From Polyangiaceae bacterium (lineage in GTDB: Bacteria; Myxococcota_A; Polyangia; Polyangiales; Polyangiaceae): a stretch of DNA of 64,000 nucleotides. Of the stretch, positions 38,030-48,954 are shown one piece after another. Position 1 is the stretch's first letter. The number at the start of each line of letters is the position of its first letter. The stretch spans positions 78,211 through 142,210 of the forward strand of contig JBGANF010000005.1 of NCBI GenBank assembly GCA_044222475.1. The letters run 5' to 3'. The translations under genes and the position numbers were made by a program. The notes beneath the pieces are model-generated. The model did no database searches and was not told the DNA's origin. It saw only the letters and a list, made by a program, of their open reading frames with translations.

Positions 38030-39801
38030 GCGAGGAGCGCGCTCCCCAATCCGCCGCTGGACGCGGGATCCCGCCAGTCCCGGAGCACGGGATCCTCGCC
38101 TGGCTCCCGGGCGTCTGGGTGCTCCGGAACTACCGGCGCGCGTGGCTCGGCGGCGACATCGTCGCCGGGCTCGTGCTCACCGCCATCCTCGTCCCTGCAG
38201 GGATGGGCTACGCCGAGGCGTCCGGCCTCCCCGCGGTCACCGGCCTCTACGCCACCGTGATCCCGCTGCTCGCCTACGCGCTCTTCGGTCCTTCGCGCAT
38301 CATGGTGCTCGGCCCCGACAGCGGCCTCGCCGCCCTCGTCGCCGCCGCGGTCATCTCGCGCTCGGCCGGAGACGACGAGCGCGCGATCGGTCTCGCGTCG
38401 CTCCTCGCGATCCTCACCGGCCTGCTCTGCGTCGTCGCCGCCGTCGCGCGCGCCGGCTTCCTCACCGACCTGCTCTCGAAGCCGGTCCGCGTCGGCTACA
38501 TGAACGGCATCGCGCTCACCGTGTTCGTGACGCAGCTTCCGAAGCTCTTCGGCTTTTCGGTCAAGGCCTCGGGCGTGACGGACGGCGCAGTGGGGTTCGC
38601 TCGAGGCGTGCTCCAGCACGAGACCAACCTGCACGCGCTCGTGATCGGCGCGTCGTGCTTGGCGTTGATCCTCGTCCTTCGCTGGCTGCTCCCCAAGATC
38701 CCCGGGATCCTGATCGCCGTCGTCCTGGCGACGATCGCGGTGCGGGTCTTCCACCTGAGCTCCGAGCTGAAGGTCGTCGGCGAGGTGCCCCGCGGCGTGC
38801 CGCTCCCGTCGCTGCCGGGCGTCGAGTGGGGCGACCTCGGGCCGATGTTCGTCGCGGCAGTCGGGATCGCGCTCGTGTCGTTCGCGGACACGAGCGTGCT
38901 CTCCCGTACGTTCGCCGGCCGTCACGGCTACCGCGTCGACGCGAACCGCGAGCTCGCCGGGCTCGGTCTCGCGAACTTCTTCGCCGGATTCTTCCGCGGT
39001 TTCCCGATCAGCAGCAGCGCGTCCCGAACGCCGGTCGCCGAGTCGGCCGGCTCGCGCACGCAGGTCACCGGGGTCGTGGGCGCGCTGGCGATCGTCGTGC
39101 TGCTCGTCGCCGCGCCGTGGCTCCTCCGCGACATGCCGACGACCGCGCTCGCCGCCGTCGTGCTCGCAGCGGCCCTCCGCATGGTCGACGTCGCCGCGTG
39201 GCGCACCTTCTACCGCGTGCGCCGGCCCGACTTCGTGCTGTCGGTCGTCGCCTTCCTCGCCGTCGCCGGCTTCGGTGTCATCGCCGGCATCGGCATCGCG
39301 GTCGCAGTGTCGATCCTCGACTTCGTGCGCCGCGCGTGGCGTCCGTACGACGCCGTGCTCGGCCGCGCGCGCGGGGTGAAGGGCTACCACGACCTGAGGC
39401 GCTACCCCGACGCGCGCCAGGTGCCGGGGCTCCTCTTGTTTCGCTGGGACGCGCCGCTGTTCTTCGCCAACGCCGATCTGTTTCGCGAGCGGATCATCGA
39501 CATGGTCGATCTCGCCGCGTCGCCGATCTCCTGGGTGGTGATCGCCGCCGAGCCCATCACCGACATCGACACCACCGCCGCCGAGATGATCAAGGAGCTC
39601 GACGACGAGCTGACCGCGCGCGGGATCGAGCTCGCGTTCGCCGAGATGAAGGATCCGGTGAAGGACCGACTCCACGCCTACGGCCTCAAGGCGCGGATCG
39701 GCCACGAGTTCTTCTTCCCGACGATCGGCGTGGCGGTGAAGGCCTTCCTCGAGAAGTTTCCGGTCAAGTACGAGGACTGGGAAGACGAGTCGAAAGCCTA
39801 G
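38026..39801 (+). CDS. SulP/SLC26 anion transporter with STAS domain
   Basis: DIVAGL, PAGMGYA, GLYAT, NREL, SSSASRT, APLFFANA, DIDTTA. Confidence 0.95.
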   Translation: MSEERAPQSAAGRGIPPVPEHGILAWLPGVWVLRNYRRAWLGGDIVAGLVLTAILVPAGMGYAEASGLPAVTGLYATVIPLLAYALFGPSRIMVLGPDSGLAALVAAAVISRSAGDDERAIGLASLLAILTGLLCVVAAVARAGFLTDLLSKPVRVGYMNGIALTVFVTQLPKLFGFSVKASGVTDGAVGFARGVLQHETNLHALVIGASCLALILVLRWLLPKIPGILIAVVLATIAVRVFHLSSELKVVGEVPRGVPLPSLPGVEWGDLGPMFVAAVGIALVSFADTSVLSRTFAGRHGYRVDANRELAGLGLANFFAGFFRGFPISSSASRTPVAESAGSRTQVTGVVGALAIVVLLVAAPWLLRDMPTTALAAVVLAAALRMVDVAAWRTFYRVRRPDFVLSVVAFLAVAGFGVIAGIGIAVAVSILDFVRRAWRPYDAVLGRARGVKGYHDLRRYPDARQVPGLLLFRWDAPLFFANADLFRERIIDMVDLAASPISWVVIAAEPITDIDTTAAEMIKELDDELTARGIELAFAEMKDPVKDRLHAYGLKARIGHEFFFPTIGVAVKAFLEKFPVKYEDWEDESKA

Positions 39802-40316
39802 GGGCGCTGACCCGGACACGGCGCGCCGATTCCAGCGTGAACGACGGCTTCGCGGCCACCCTGCTTGACGACGAGGTCCCAACAGCCCTTCGCGGGCGCG
39901 TAGACCCCACCCGCGAAGACGACCCAGGCATGGGCGCTGGCGCACTTCGGGACGATGACCCGCGCCACCGGGTCGCCGTGGTTCGTCCAGTGCAACTGCA
40001 CCGGTGAACCGGCAGGAACGAGGACCTCGAGCTCGGTTCCTGCGCGAACGAGGAGGGCGAGCTTGGAGAACACGTCGTCCTCGCGCATGTCGACCTGCTG
40101 GGCCGCGGCGTCTTTGGCGATCGCCGGCAGCGCCGCCACGTCGAGCACGCTCGTGAACGACGGTGGCAGCTCGTCGACCGCGTCGATCGACTCGTCGCAT
40201 CGGAGCGTCTCCGCCGGTCGGTCGTCGGCTGGAGCGGGGCTCGGCGGCGCCGTCGGTGGCGGGTTCGGCGCGCAGCCTACGACCGTGGCCAGGAGCACGA
40301 GCCAGGTTTTCGACAT
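39798..40316 (-). CDS. Hypothetical lipoprotein
   Basis: VVGC lipobox; TACGCT 6 nt upstream. Confidence 0.7.
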   Translation of the reverse strand: MSKTWLVLLATVVGCAPNPPPTAPPSPAPADDRPAETLRCDESIDAVDELPPSFTSVLDVAALPAIAKDAAAQQVDMREDDVFSKLALLVRAGTELEVLVPAGSPVQLHWTNHGDPVARVIVPKCASAHAWVVFAGGVYAPAKGCWDLVVKQGGREAVVHAGIGAPCPGQRP

Positions 40317-40332
40317 GCGCCTAGCGTACGCG

Positions 40333-41523
40333 TCATCCGAGCCAACAGCGACCGAACGCCGGTGCGAACCCCGATGGGCAGAGCGACGCGCACTTGCCGG
40401 TCCCGAGGTCGAGCCCGGTGCCCGCCGCGCAGCGGTTGGTCGGTACCGGATTGGGACGAACGGGGGGCGGCGTCACGATCGGCGGAGCGACGACGACGGG
40501 CGGCGGCGGCTTGGGCGCTTCGCCCGCCACGATGCCATCGACGAGCACGGCGTCCATGATGTGGCGCTTGATGGTGTCCTCGCCGATCCAGGCGTATCCG
40601 CGCTCGCCCCAGGACGTGCCCCACGAGTTGTGGATCAGGAACTGCCGACCGGATGCGACGGTGCGGTAGCCGACGACCGCGACCGCGTGTCCCCCGTTGG
40701 TACGGTCGTAGTCGGGGATCACTCCGCCGCGAATGCCGCGGTAGCTCCAGACCGTCGAGTCGATCTTCAGCTGGAGGTAGATCGGGCGACCGCTCGCGAG
40801 CGCGCTGACCGCCGCGTCGCCGAATTTGGCGTTCGAGAGCCGCTGCGCGCGACCTACGGTGGCGATGCCCAGGTCCTTGACGCGCTCGCGCTCGGCGACG
40901 AGCGTCGCGTCGCTGCGCCACGAGTCGGTCTTCACGCCGTACGATTGCTCGCACGAGTCGCGCCCTTGCTCGAAGCGGCACGCCTTGATCGGATCGTACG
41001 GCCACGCGGACTCGCGCGCGATCGGCTCGAGGGTGACGCCGCGATCCGAGGTCCGCCACATGTCGTCCCAGGAACCGGACGCGATGACGTGGAGCGGCGA
41101 CAGCACCTCCGACCGGCCGAGCTTGCGGAGCGAGCTCTCCATCGTCGTGGTGAGCGCGAACGAGTAGCAGACGCCGGTGCGCTTCTGGTCCTTCACCGGG
41201 CCGTCCAGGCCGACGTTGCGGAGGTCGACGGCGATGGGCGCCGCGACCGCGTTCGGCACGTCGACGACGGGCACCGCCTGCGGGATCGACTTGAGCGTGT
41301 TGCCGCAAGGGAGCGGCACGAAGATCGACGGAGCGACCTCGACGAGCGGACACGACGCAACGCTGGCGGCGATCGCATCGAGGTCGAACGGCGGGATGGT
41401 GATCGTCTGCTGCCCCGTCGGGGCGGTGGTCACCTTGGGGAACACGATCGGGTCGGCGCTCGCGCTGGTCGACGTGAGGAGCGCCGCCGCCAGGGCACCG
41501 AGCGAGGCAACTGCTTTCCGCAT
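40333..41523 (-). CDS. Secreted papain-like C1 cysteine peptidase
   Basis: VKDQKRTGVCYSFA (Q, C), GGHAVAVVGY (H), HNSWGTSWGERGY (N). Confidence 0.92.
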   Translation of the reverse strand: MRKAVASLGALAAALLTSTSASADPIVFPKVTTAPTGQQTITIPPFDLDAIAASVASCPLVEVAPSIFVPLPCGNTLKSIPQAVPVVDVPNAVAAPIAVDLRNVGLDGPVKDQKRTGVCYSFALTTTMESSLRKLGRSEVLSPLHVIASGSWDDMWRTSDRGVTLEPIARESAWPYDPIKACRFEQGRDSCEQSYGVKTDSWRSDATLVAERERVKDLGIATVGRAQRLSNAKFGDAAVSALASGRPIYLQLKIDSTVWSYRGIRGGVIPDYDRTNGGHAVAVVGYRTVASGRQFLIHNSWGTSWGERGYAWIGEDTIKRHIMDAVLVDGIVAGEAPKPPPPVVVAPPIVTPPPVRPNPVPTNRCAAGTGLDLGTGKCASLCPSGFAPAFGRCWLG

Positions 41524-41633
41524 GCCGGATCGACGTGCGGTGAACGCGAACGATGCACCACGAAACCACTTGTTCCCTCGGAGAGAACTGCGGTTCTCGG
41601 TGAGCCCATCAACGGGCGTTCACGCGTAGCGGT

Positions 41634-41662
41634 TTGCGTAATCCCACAAGGTGGGTTATGTT
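41634..41662 (+). promoter_or_regulatory. sigma70-type promoter of the DEAD-box helicase
   Basis: TTGCGT-17bp-TATGTT followed by GC-rich GCCCGGC. Confidence 0.55.
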
Positions 41663-41847
41663 GCCCGGCGTCACGATCCTTTGTCGGTGCCGATATGCGG
41701 CGTTCGTCTGTGAGATGCGTGATGGCGCGGCCCCTCTGATGGAGCCCCGTCCGCCCCTCCGAAGCCGCGGCATCTGAGATGGCATCCCGAGCGCGGGAGT
41801 CCCACCTACGGGACTGGCCCGTTCGCCGCGAGAGAGTATTTTTCCCA

Positions 41848-43152
<1,305 letters not shown>

Positions 43153-43185
43153 TCGGCGCAACCCCCGTGCCCGAGCTCGCTGCGA

Positions 43186-43590
43186 TCATCGAGTGGGGTC
43201 CAGGATCGTCAACGTGGCGAGGCTCGGCAGGTCGACCACGACGACGTAGCGACGCACCCTCTCCGGGAGCGAGCTCGCGGTGATGGGAGCGCGTGGCGAA
43301 GCGATCAGCGCATAGACGTCCCCGCCCTCATGGATGTCGAACGCGTAGAAGCCTCGCCTCGCTACCTCGAGCCAGTCCCCGACGATTCGCCCGCTCGCGT
43401 CGTGCAAGTCGACGCCTCCGGTGATTCGACACGACCGGAGCGTGTCTCCGTGGACGTCGTCGTCCTCGAAGAGGCGCGCCGCGTCGGGCACGGCGATACG
43501 ACCGGCAGACGAGAAGTACCCGACGCGTCCGTCGGCGTCGGTCCCGATCCAGTCGAGCTCTCGACCGATGAAGTCCCTCGTCCATGCCAT
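43186..43590 (-). CDS. Hypothetical protein
   Basis: 134-aa ORF; DWIGTDADGRVGYFSSAG...ARRGFYAFD. Confidence 0.7.
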   Translation of the reverse strand: MAWTRDFIGRELDWIGTDADGRVGYFSSAGRIAVPDAARLFEDDDVHGDTLRSCRITGGVDLHDASGRIVGDWLEVARRGFYAFDIHEGGDVYALIASPRAPITASSLPERVRRYVVVVDLPSLATLTILDPTR

Positions 43591-43623
43591 GCGGACCTCA
43601 GCGTCGATGCCTCGGGCGAGTCG

Positions 43624-43953
43624 TCACTTCGCAAACATCCGGATGTCATCGAGCGCGTATCCGGCGGTCACCTTGGTGCGCTCTTCGCGTTGGGCGGCGA
43701 CCAGCATCGGGACGACGCGAGCATCGATGCAGCGGTGAATGCGAGCGACGTGCCCGAGGCAGATGATGGCGGCGTTCGCGATGTCCGAGTCGGCCGCGCC
43801 CGCTAGCGCCAAGCACCGTTCGGTGACCCAGGCTGCATCGGTGTCGAAGAAAGCAGCGTCGACCAGAGCCTGACAGACGACATGCGGGTCCGCCGTTGCC
43901 AGCGCCCGTACCAACTCGGCGCGCTCGACGCGCTTCGCTCCCACGTACCTCAC
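43624..43953 (-). CDS. Small helical (HEAT-like) hypothetical protein, immunity-protein-like
   Basis: AIICLGHVARIH...ALDDIRMF; GTGA coupling to the upstream gene. Confidence 0.65.
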   Translation of the reverse strand: MRYVGAKRVERAELVRALATADPHVVCQALVDAAFFDTDAAWVTERCLALAGAADSDIANAAIICLGHVARIHRCIDARVVPMLVAAQREERTKVTAGYALDDIRMFAK

Positions 43954-44204
43954 GTGTCGCCGTCCATTCCGCGATAGGGACTGCCGGTTCGCACCGCAGC
44001 CCGCGCGGCATCGACCAACGCGCGATACTCCGGCCGAAAGGGCTCGATGAGGGTCTTCTCGAGCTGGGCCTCGATGCTCCACAGGACCGACTGCTCCGCG
44101 GCGTCGTCGAACGGCAGCTCATCGTGAGAAGCCAACCACTCGAACAGCACGAGAGCTTCGGCGTCGCTCAGCTCGATCGTGACGGGGTGTTCGTCCTCGG
44201 CCAT
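43950..44204 (-). CDS. Small acidic hypothetical protein
   Basis: IELSDAEALVLFEWL...AEQSVLWSIEAQLE...PF...Y...AR. Confidence 0.7.
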   Translation of the reverse strand: MAEDEHPVTIELSDAEALVLFEWLASHDELPFDDAAEQSVLWSIEAQLEKTLIEPFRPEYRALVDAARAAVRTGSPYRGMDGDT

Positions 44205-44244
44205 GCTCCCCAGACGAATCGGCAACCGTGATCCGGACGGCGAC

Positions 44245-44682
44245 CTACTGCGGCACGATCCGAACTCGGTCAGGGACCACTATGGCCTCACCGACCATCG
44301 GGATGATCCGATAGTCCCCTTCGACCTCCAGCATCCGATCGCTGCACGCCATCGCGGTCCGGTCCTCGAACGATTGGTTGTAGACCACAAGCATCCGAGG
44401 GGTATGCATCCGATCGGTCGGCGCTTCGCTCCACAGGGCGGAACCCTCGCCATCCCACCTCCAGAATCCGCGCACCTTCGCCCTGCCAAACACGTTGGGT
44501 CCACTCGCCGACATCTTGATGCGATCGGGGCCGGTGATGGAGACGACGGAGGTCCAGCCCCGGCTGCCGGGGGGAACCGTCTCCAGTGGACAACCGGCAA
44601 GCCCGGGAAAACGGCCGCGCCGGCAATCCGCAAGCCCGGCGACGAGGACGAGCAACGCAGATCGCGTCGCCCATCGCTTCAC
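44245..44682 (-). CDS. Hypothetical exported protein
   Basis: Hydrophobic N-terminus ending LADC; fills the gap between neighbours. Confidence 0.45.
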   Translation of the reverse strand: MKRWATRSALLVLVAGLADCRRGRFPGLAGCPLETVPPGSRGWTSVVSITGPDRIKMSASGPNVFGRAKVRGFWRWDGEGSALWSEAPTDRMHTPRMLVVYNQSFEDRTAMACSDRMLEVEGDYRIIPMVGEAIVVPDRVRIVPQ

Positions 44683-44780
44683 CGCCAGCCCTCCTCGCAT
44701 CGACTTCACTGTGCCACGAAGTCGCAACGCTTCTCGGACGAATCGGGAATGCCCCTCCCCGTTCGGACGTCATCAGCTTC

Positions 44781-45467
44781 GTGCCCACGGTCCTCCTCGT
44801 CGACGACGACGGGCCTCTCCTCGACGTTCTGTCGCTCGCGTTCGAAGACGCGGGGTACGCGGTCCTCTCCGCCAACGACGGTAGGCGCGCGTACGACAGC
44901 GTAGGCCGCGACGCACCCGACCTCGTCGTCAGCGACGTCAACATGCCCGGGCTCGACGGCTTCGCGCTCTGCCGCCGCCTCCGCGACGAGAAGAACGACG
45001 TCCCGCTCCTGCTCCTCACCTCGCGCGACGACGAGATCGACGAAGCCCTCGGCCTGGAGCTCGGCGCCGACGACTACCTCACGAAGCCCTTCTCCACCCG
45101 CGTGCTCCTCGCTCGCGCCAGAGCGCTCCTCCGTCGCGACGAACGTCGGCGCGAAGGTACCGAACGCTCCCTCCGCGCCGGCGACCTCGAGCTCTTCGCC
45201 GAGCGCATCGAGGTCCGCTACCGCGAGAAGCCCGTCCGCGTCACCCTCACCGAGTTCCGCCTCCTCGAAGCGTTGGCCAAACGACCCGGCGTCGTGCAGT
45301 CGCGCGACCGCTTGCTCGACGTCGCGCGTGGCGACGGCTCGGTCGTCGTCGAGCGCATCATCGACACGTACGTCCGCCGACTCCGGCGGAAGCTCGAAGC
45401 GATCGACCCCGCCTTCGACGCGATCGAGACCGTCGTCGGCGCGGGCTATCGCTGGCGTGATCGATGA
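44781..45467 (+). CDS. OmpR-family response regulator, CreB/ChvI-like
   Basis: LLVDDD, DVNMPGLDG, GADDYLTKPF, LTLTEFRLL, IETVVGAGYR. Confidence 0.93.
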   Translation: MPTVLLVDDDGPLLDVLSLAFEDAGYAVLSANDGRRAYDSVGRDAPDLVVSDVNMPGLDGFALCRRLRDEKNDVPLLLLTSRDDEIDEALGLELGADDYLTKPFSTRVLLARARALLRRDERRREGTERSLRAGDLELFAERIEVRYREKPVRVTLTEFRLLEALAKRPGVVQSRDRLLDVARGDGSVVVERIIDTYVRRLRRKLEAIDPAFDAIETVVGAGYRWRDR

Positions 45468-46930
45468 CGCTCCGCCTGCGCGTCGTCGCGCTGGCGATTC
45501 TCGTCGCGATCGCGCCGCTCGCGCTCGTCGGCGTCTGGGCCGGCCTCGAGCACGACATCGCCAAGGACATGCGCACCCGCCTCGAGTTCGAGGCGCTCGA
45601 GACCGCGCAGCAGCTCGACGACGGCACCGCACCGAGCGACGTCACCGATCACATCGCGCGCGTGCACGGCGTTCGCGTGCGCATCACCGACGACCACGGC
45701 GCCGTCCTCGGCGACTCGGACTTCGACCGCGGTACCGATCCGGTACACCAGCTCGGCCAGCTCTTCTTCGGGCCCGACGGAGCACCCACCCTCGCCGGGT
45801 TCGACGACAGCCTGGGCCCGCTCGCGGATCGCCCCGAGATCCTCGGAGCCCGCACCGACGCGCCCACCAGCGCGTGCCGCACGAGCCCAGGCGGCAAGCT
45901 CCTCGTCTGCCACGGCGCGCTGCGCACGAGCGACGGACGCGTCGTCTACGTCCAAGAGAGCTCGCGGCGCGCCGTCCGCTCGCTCTACGACCTGCGCTAC
46001 CAACTGTTGCGACTGAGCGTCGTCACGTTGCCGCTCGCCGCGGTCATCGCGCTCGTTCTGGGCCGCAGCATCGTCCGCCCCATCCGCGATCTCGGCGCGC
46101 AAGCTCGCCGGCGCTCGAAGAACCTCGGCGACCGGGGGCGTCTCGAGGTGACCGGCGACGCCGAGGTGCGCGATCTCGGGTTCGCGTTCAACGAGCTCCT
46201 GCAACGGCTCGACGACCGCCAGGCGCAGAACGAACACTTCACCGCCGACCTCGTCCACGAAATCAAGAACCCGCTCGCCACCGTGCGGGCCGCCGCCGAC
46301 GCGCTCGAGTCGGGCAAGCTCGATCCGGCGCGCGCGGCTCGGTTGGCCCGCGCGCTGCGCGACGCCGGAGGGCGGCTCGACGGCATCGTGAGCCAGTTCC
46401 TCGAGCTCGCGCGGGCCGAGGGCGGGCTCGCCGCCGACGCGCGCTCGCCGGTCGATCTCGCCGCGGTCGCTCGCGCCATCGGCGATGCGTGCCACGCCCG
46501 CGACGACGTCGAGCTCGTCGTCGACGCCAGCGATCCAGTGATCGCCCTTGGCGTGCCCCACGGCGTCGACGCGGTGCTGCGCAACCTCATCGAGAACGCG
46601 TGGTCGTTCGCCGCTTCGCGCGTGCGCGTCGCGGTGCGCGCGACCGACGCGTTCGCCGAGGTCACCGTCGAGGACGACGGCGCCGGGATCGAACCGAGCG
46701 AGCTCCCGAAGGTATTCGATCGGTTCTTCACGACCCGCGGGCGCGACCGCGGCACCGGCCTCGGGCTCGCGCTCGCCAAGGCCACCGTCGAGGCTCACGG
46801 AGGCTCGATCCGCGTCACGAGCGAGGTCGGCCGCGGCGCCACGTTCACCGCCCGGTTTCCGCTGCCCGACGCAAGCCGCGGCGATTCACACGACGTTCAC
46901 ACGAACGCGCTCGTCGTTTCAACGGCGTGA
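45464..46930 (+). CDS. HAMP sensor histidine kinase, CreC/ChvG-like
   Basis: Two TMs, HAMP, HEIKNPL, NLIENA, DDGAG, FDRFFTT, GTGLGL. Confidence 0.93.
   Translation: MTLRLRVVALAILVAIAPLALVGVWAGLEHDIAKDMRTRLEFEALETAQQLDDGTAPSDVTDHIARVHGVRVRITDDHGAVLGDSDFDRGTDPVHQLGQLFFGPDGAPTLAGFDDSLGPLADRPEILGARTDAPTSACRTSPGGKLLVCHGALRTSDGRVVYVQESSRRAVRSLYDLRYQLLRLSVVTLPLAAVIALVLGRSIVRPIRDLGAQARRRSKNLGDRGRLEVTGDAEVRDLGFAFNELLQRLDDRQAQNEHFTADLVHEIKNPLATVRAAADALESGKLDPARAARLARALRDAGGRLDGIVSQFLELARAEGGLAADARSPVDLAAVARAIGDACHARDDVELVVDASDPVIALGVPHGVDAVLRNLIENAWSFAASRVRVAVRATDAFAEVTVEDDGAGIEPSELPKVFDRFFTTRGRDRGTGLGLALAKATVEAHGGSIRVTSEVGRGATFTARFPLPDASRGDSHDVHTNALVVSTA
46885..46900 (+). promoter_or_regulatory. cre-tag-like direct repeat TTCAC-N6-TTCAC
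   Basis: TTCACacgacgTTCAC, plus in-phase TTCAA (46918) and TTCAT (46940). Confidence 0.65.
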
Positions 46931-46967
46931 GACGCGCGGTTCATGCACGAGCGCCACCATGCTCGTC

Positions 46968-47594
46968 ATGAACGACATCCTCTCCGCCCGCACGTTCTTC
47001 GAGCTCATCCGCACCCGCACCACCTTCGAGGAGCTCTCGAAGGCTCGCAAGCTCCAGCTCGCCGCGATGGCGACCCTCGGCGCGCTCGTCTTCGCGTCGC
47101 TGTGGGGCGCCGCCGCCGGCAGCTGCGTCCTCGGCCTGGCGCTCGGCAACCTCGTCAAGGTGCCGCTCGTCGTCCTCCTGTCCGCCGTCGCCGCGGCTCC
47201 GCTGGGGATCGTCGCATGGAAGCTCGTCGGCGAGGAGACGAGCGCCACCGATCTCCTCCTCGCGCACGCGCGCAGCCTGTTCGCCGGGTCGCTCCTGCTC
47301 GGCACACTCGTCCCGATCGTCGCGCTCTACTACCACTCCAGCGCGTTCGCCGGTCCGCTCCTCGCGGACGGCACCGCGCTCGTCGCCGTCGTCCTGGGCG
47401 CCGTCGTCTTCCAGCGATTGGCGCTTCGCGCCCCCGGCGCACGGAAGAACGTCGTCGGCTTCGTCGTTCCAGGAGTGATCCTCGGAGTCCAGGCCGCGGC
47501 GATGCTCCAGCTCGTCGCGCTCGCGTCGCCCATCCTCCCGGACCCGACGATGTTCCGCCACGGCGTCGACGGCATCGTGGAGACCTCGCGATGA
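46968..47594 (+). CDS. Multi-pass membrane protein
   Basis: About 5 TM helices, KVPLVVLLS motif. Confidence 0.75.
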   Translation: MNDILSARTFFELIRTRTTFEELSKARKLQLAAMATLGALVFASLWGAAAGSCVLGLALGNLVKVPLVVLLSAVAAAPLGIVAWKLVGEETSATDLLLAHARSLFAGSLLLGTLVPIVALYYHSSAFAGPLLADGTALVAVVLGAVVFQRLALRAPGARKNVVGFVVPGVILGVQAAAMLQLVALASPILPDPTMFRHGVDGIVETSR

Positions 47595-47821
47595 CGCTGC
47601 TTCTCGAGACGGACCCGGCGACGGTCGCCGCACGCATGCAGTCTGCACAGATCGCGTCCGTCGCCATCTTCGTCGTCCTGGTCGTCGGGCTCGCCCTCGT
47701 CCTCCGCGCGCTGAACCGAAAGGCGCGCCGAGAAGAGGAAGCGGAGCGCCTCGCCCGGGCGTTCCAGGAGATTCGAAGAGGAGCTCTCGAGAGAACGCCC
47801 ATGACGGTCTCGAACCTGTGA
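47591..47821 (+). CDS. Small single-pass membrane protein
   Basis: One TM plus basic helix; ATGA/GTGA overlaps on both sides. Confidence 0.65.
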   Translation: MTLLLETDPATVAARMQSAQIASVAIFVVLVVGLALVLRALNRKARREEEAERLARAFQEIRRGALERTPMTVSNL

Positions 47822-48954
47822 ACCCGCCCGACCCGTTCGATCTCGGTCAGATGACCCTCGCGGCGACGGCGCTCGGCGGGGTCACGCTCGTCCTCGCTCG
47901 CGTCCTCCACCAGCGGGCGTTCTTCGTGGCCCTCGCCGCTCTCGCCGTGCCGACGCTCGGCGTCCTCCTCTGGTCACGGGGCGACTTCACCGGCATGACG
48001 ATCACGTGGACCGCGATCCTCTCGCTCGTCTCGGTCGCGATCGCGCTCCCGGTGGCCATCGTACTCAGGCGCCTGGGCCGGGCCCCCGCCGCGCCCGTCG
48101 CCGTCAAGCCCGGGGAGCGCTTCGGACGACGCGCCCTCCTCTTTCGCGGAGCCTCGGCCGCGGCGCCCCTCATGGCGGCGACCGCGGGCCCGACCGCGCT
48201 CTGGGAGGCCGCCGCCGACACGCCCGCGAAGCGCATCCGGCTCGCCTGCCCGGCCTTGCCGCCCGCCCTCGATGGTCTTTGCATTCTGCACCTATCCGAT
48301 CTGCACCTCGGCGCGTCGAAGACCTCGGCCGACCTCGCTCGCTTCCTCGAGAACGCGCCCCGCCCCGATCTCGTCCTCGTCACCGGCGACTTCGCCGACG
48401 ATCCGCGCGAGCTCACCACGGGGCTCGACCTCCTCGCCGACTTCGGAGCCCCGGTGTACGCGTCGCTCGGCAACCACGAGTACCTCCGCGGGATCGACGT
48501 CATGCTGCCTCGCTACCGCGCGTCGAAGGTCCGGCTCCTCCGCGACGAGCACGCGGTCGTCCGCGTACGCGGCGCCGACCTCGTGCTCGCCGGCATCGAC
48601 GATCCGGCGTGGAACGGCGGTAGCCGCCGCTTCTTCGAGAACGCCATCGACGACGCCCTCGCCGGGAGCCCGAGCACGGCGTTCCGGATCCTCTTGAGCC
48701 ATCGCCCTCGCGCGCTCGACGTCGCGAGCACGCGCGGCATCGGCCTCGTGCTCTCGGGCCACACCCACGGCGCGCAGCTCGGTATGCTCGGACGGAGCAT
48801 GCTCGAGCCGCTCCTCCCGCGCGAATACCTCTGGGGCAAGTACCAGCGACAGCGGACCGTGCTCTACACGACGAGCGGCTTCGGCCACTGGTTCCCTTTT
48901 CGCCTCGGCTGCCCGACGGAAGCTCCGCTCCTGGTCCTCGAGCGTGCGGCGTGA
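47818..48954 (+). CDS. Membrane-anchored metallophosphoesterase (YkuE-like)
   Basis: Three TMs; SDLHLG, TGDFAD, GNHE, SHRP, GHTHG, RLGCPTE. Confidence 0.9.
   Translation: MNPPDPFDLGQMTLAATALGGVTLVLARVLHQRAFFVALAALAVPTLGVLLWSRGDFTGMTITWTAILSLVSVAIALPVAIVLRRLGRAPAAPVAVKPGERFGRRALLFRGASAAAPLMAATAGPTALWEAAADTPAKRIRLACPALPPALDGLCILHLSDLHLGASKTSADLARFLENAPRPDLVLVTGDFADDPRELTTGLDLLADFGAPVYASLGNHEYLRGIDVMLPRYRASKVRLLRDEHAVVRVRGADLVLAGIDDPAWNGGSRRFFENAIDDALAGSPSTAFRILLSHRPRALDVASTRGIGLVLSGHTHGAQLGMLGRSMLEPLLPREYLWGKYQRQRTVLYTTSGFGHWFPFRLGCPTEAPLLVLERAA

Noticed and set aside
43153..44780. Integron cassette array
   Set aside because: No RYYYAAC...GTTRRRY attC structures between the small genes, and no intI.
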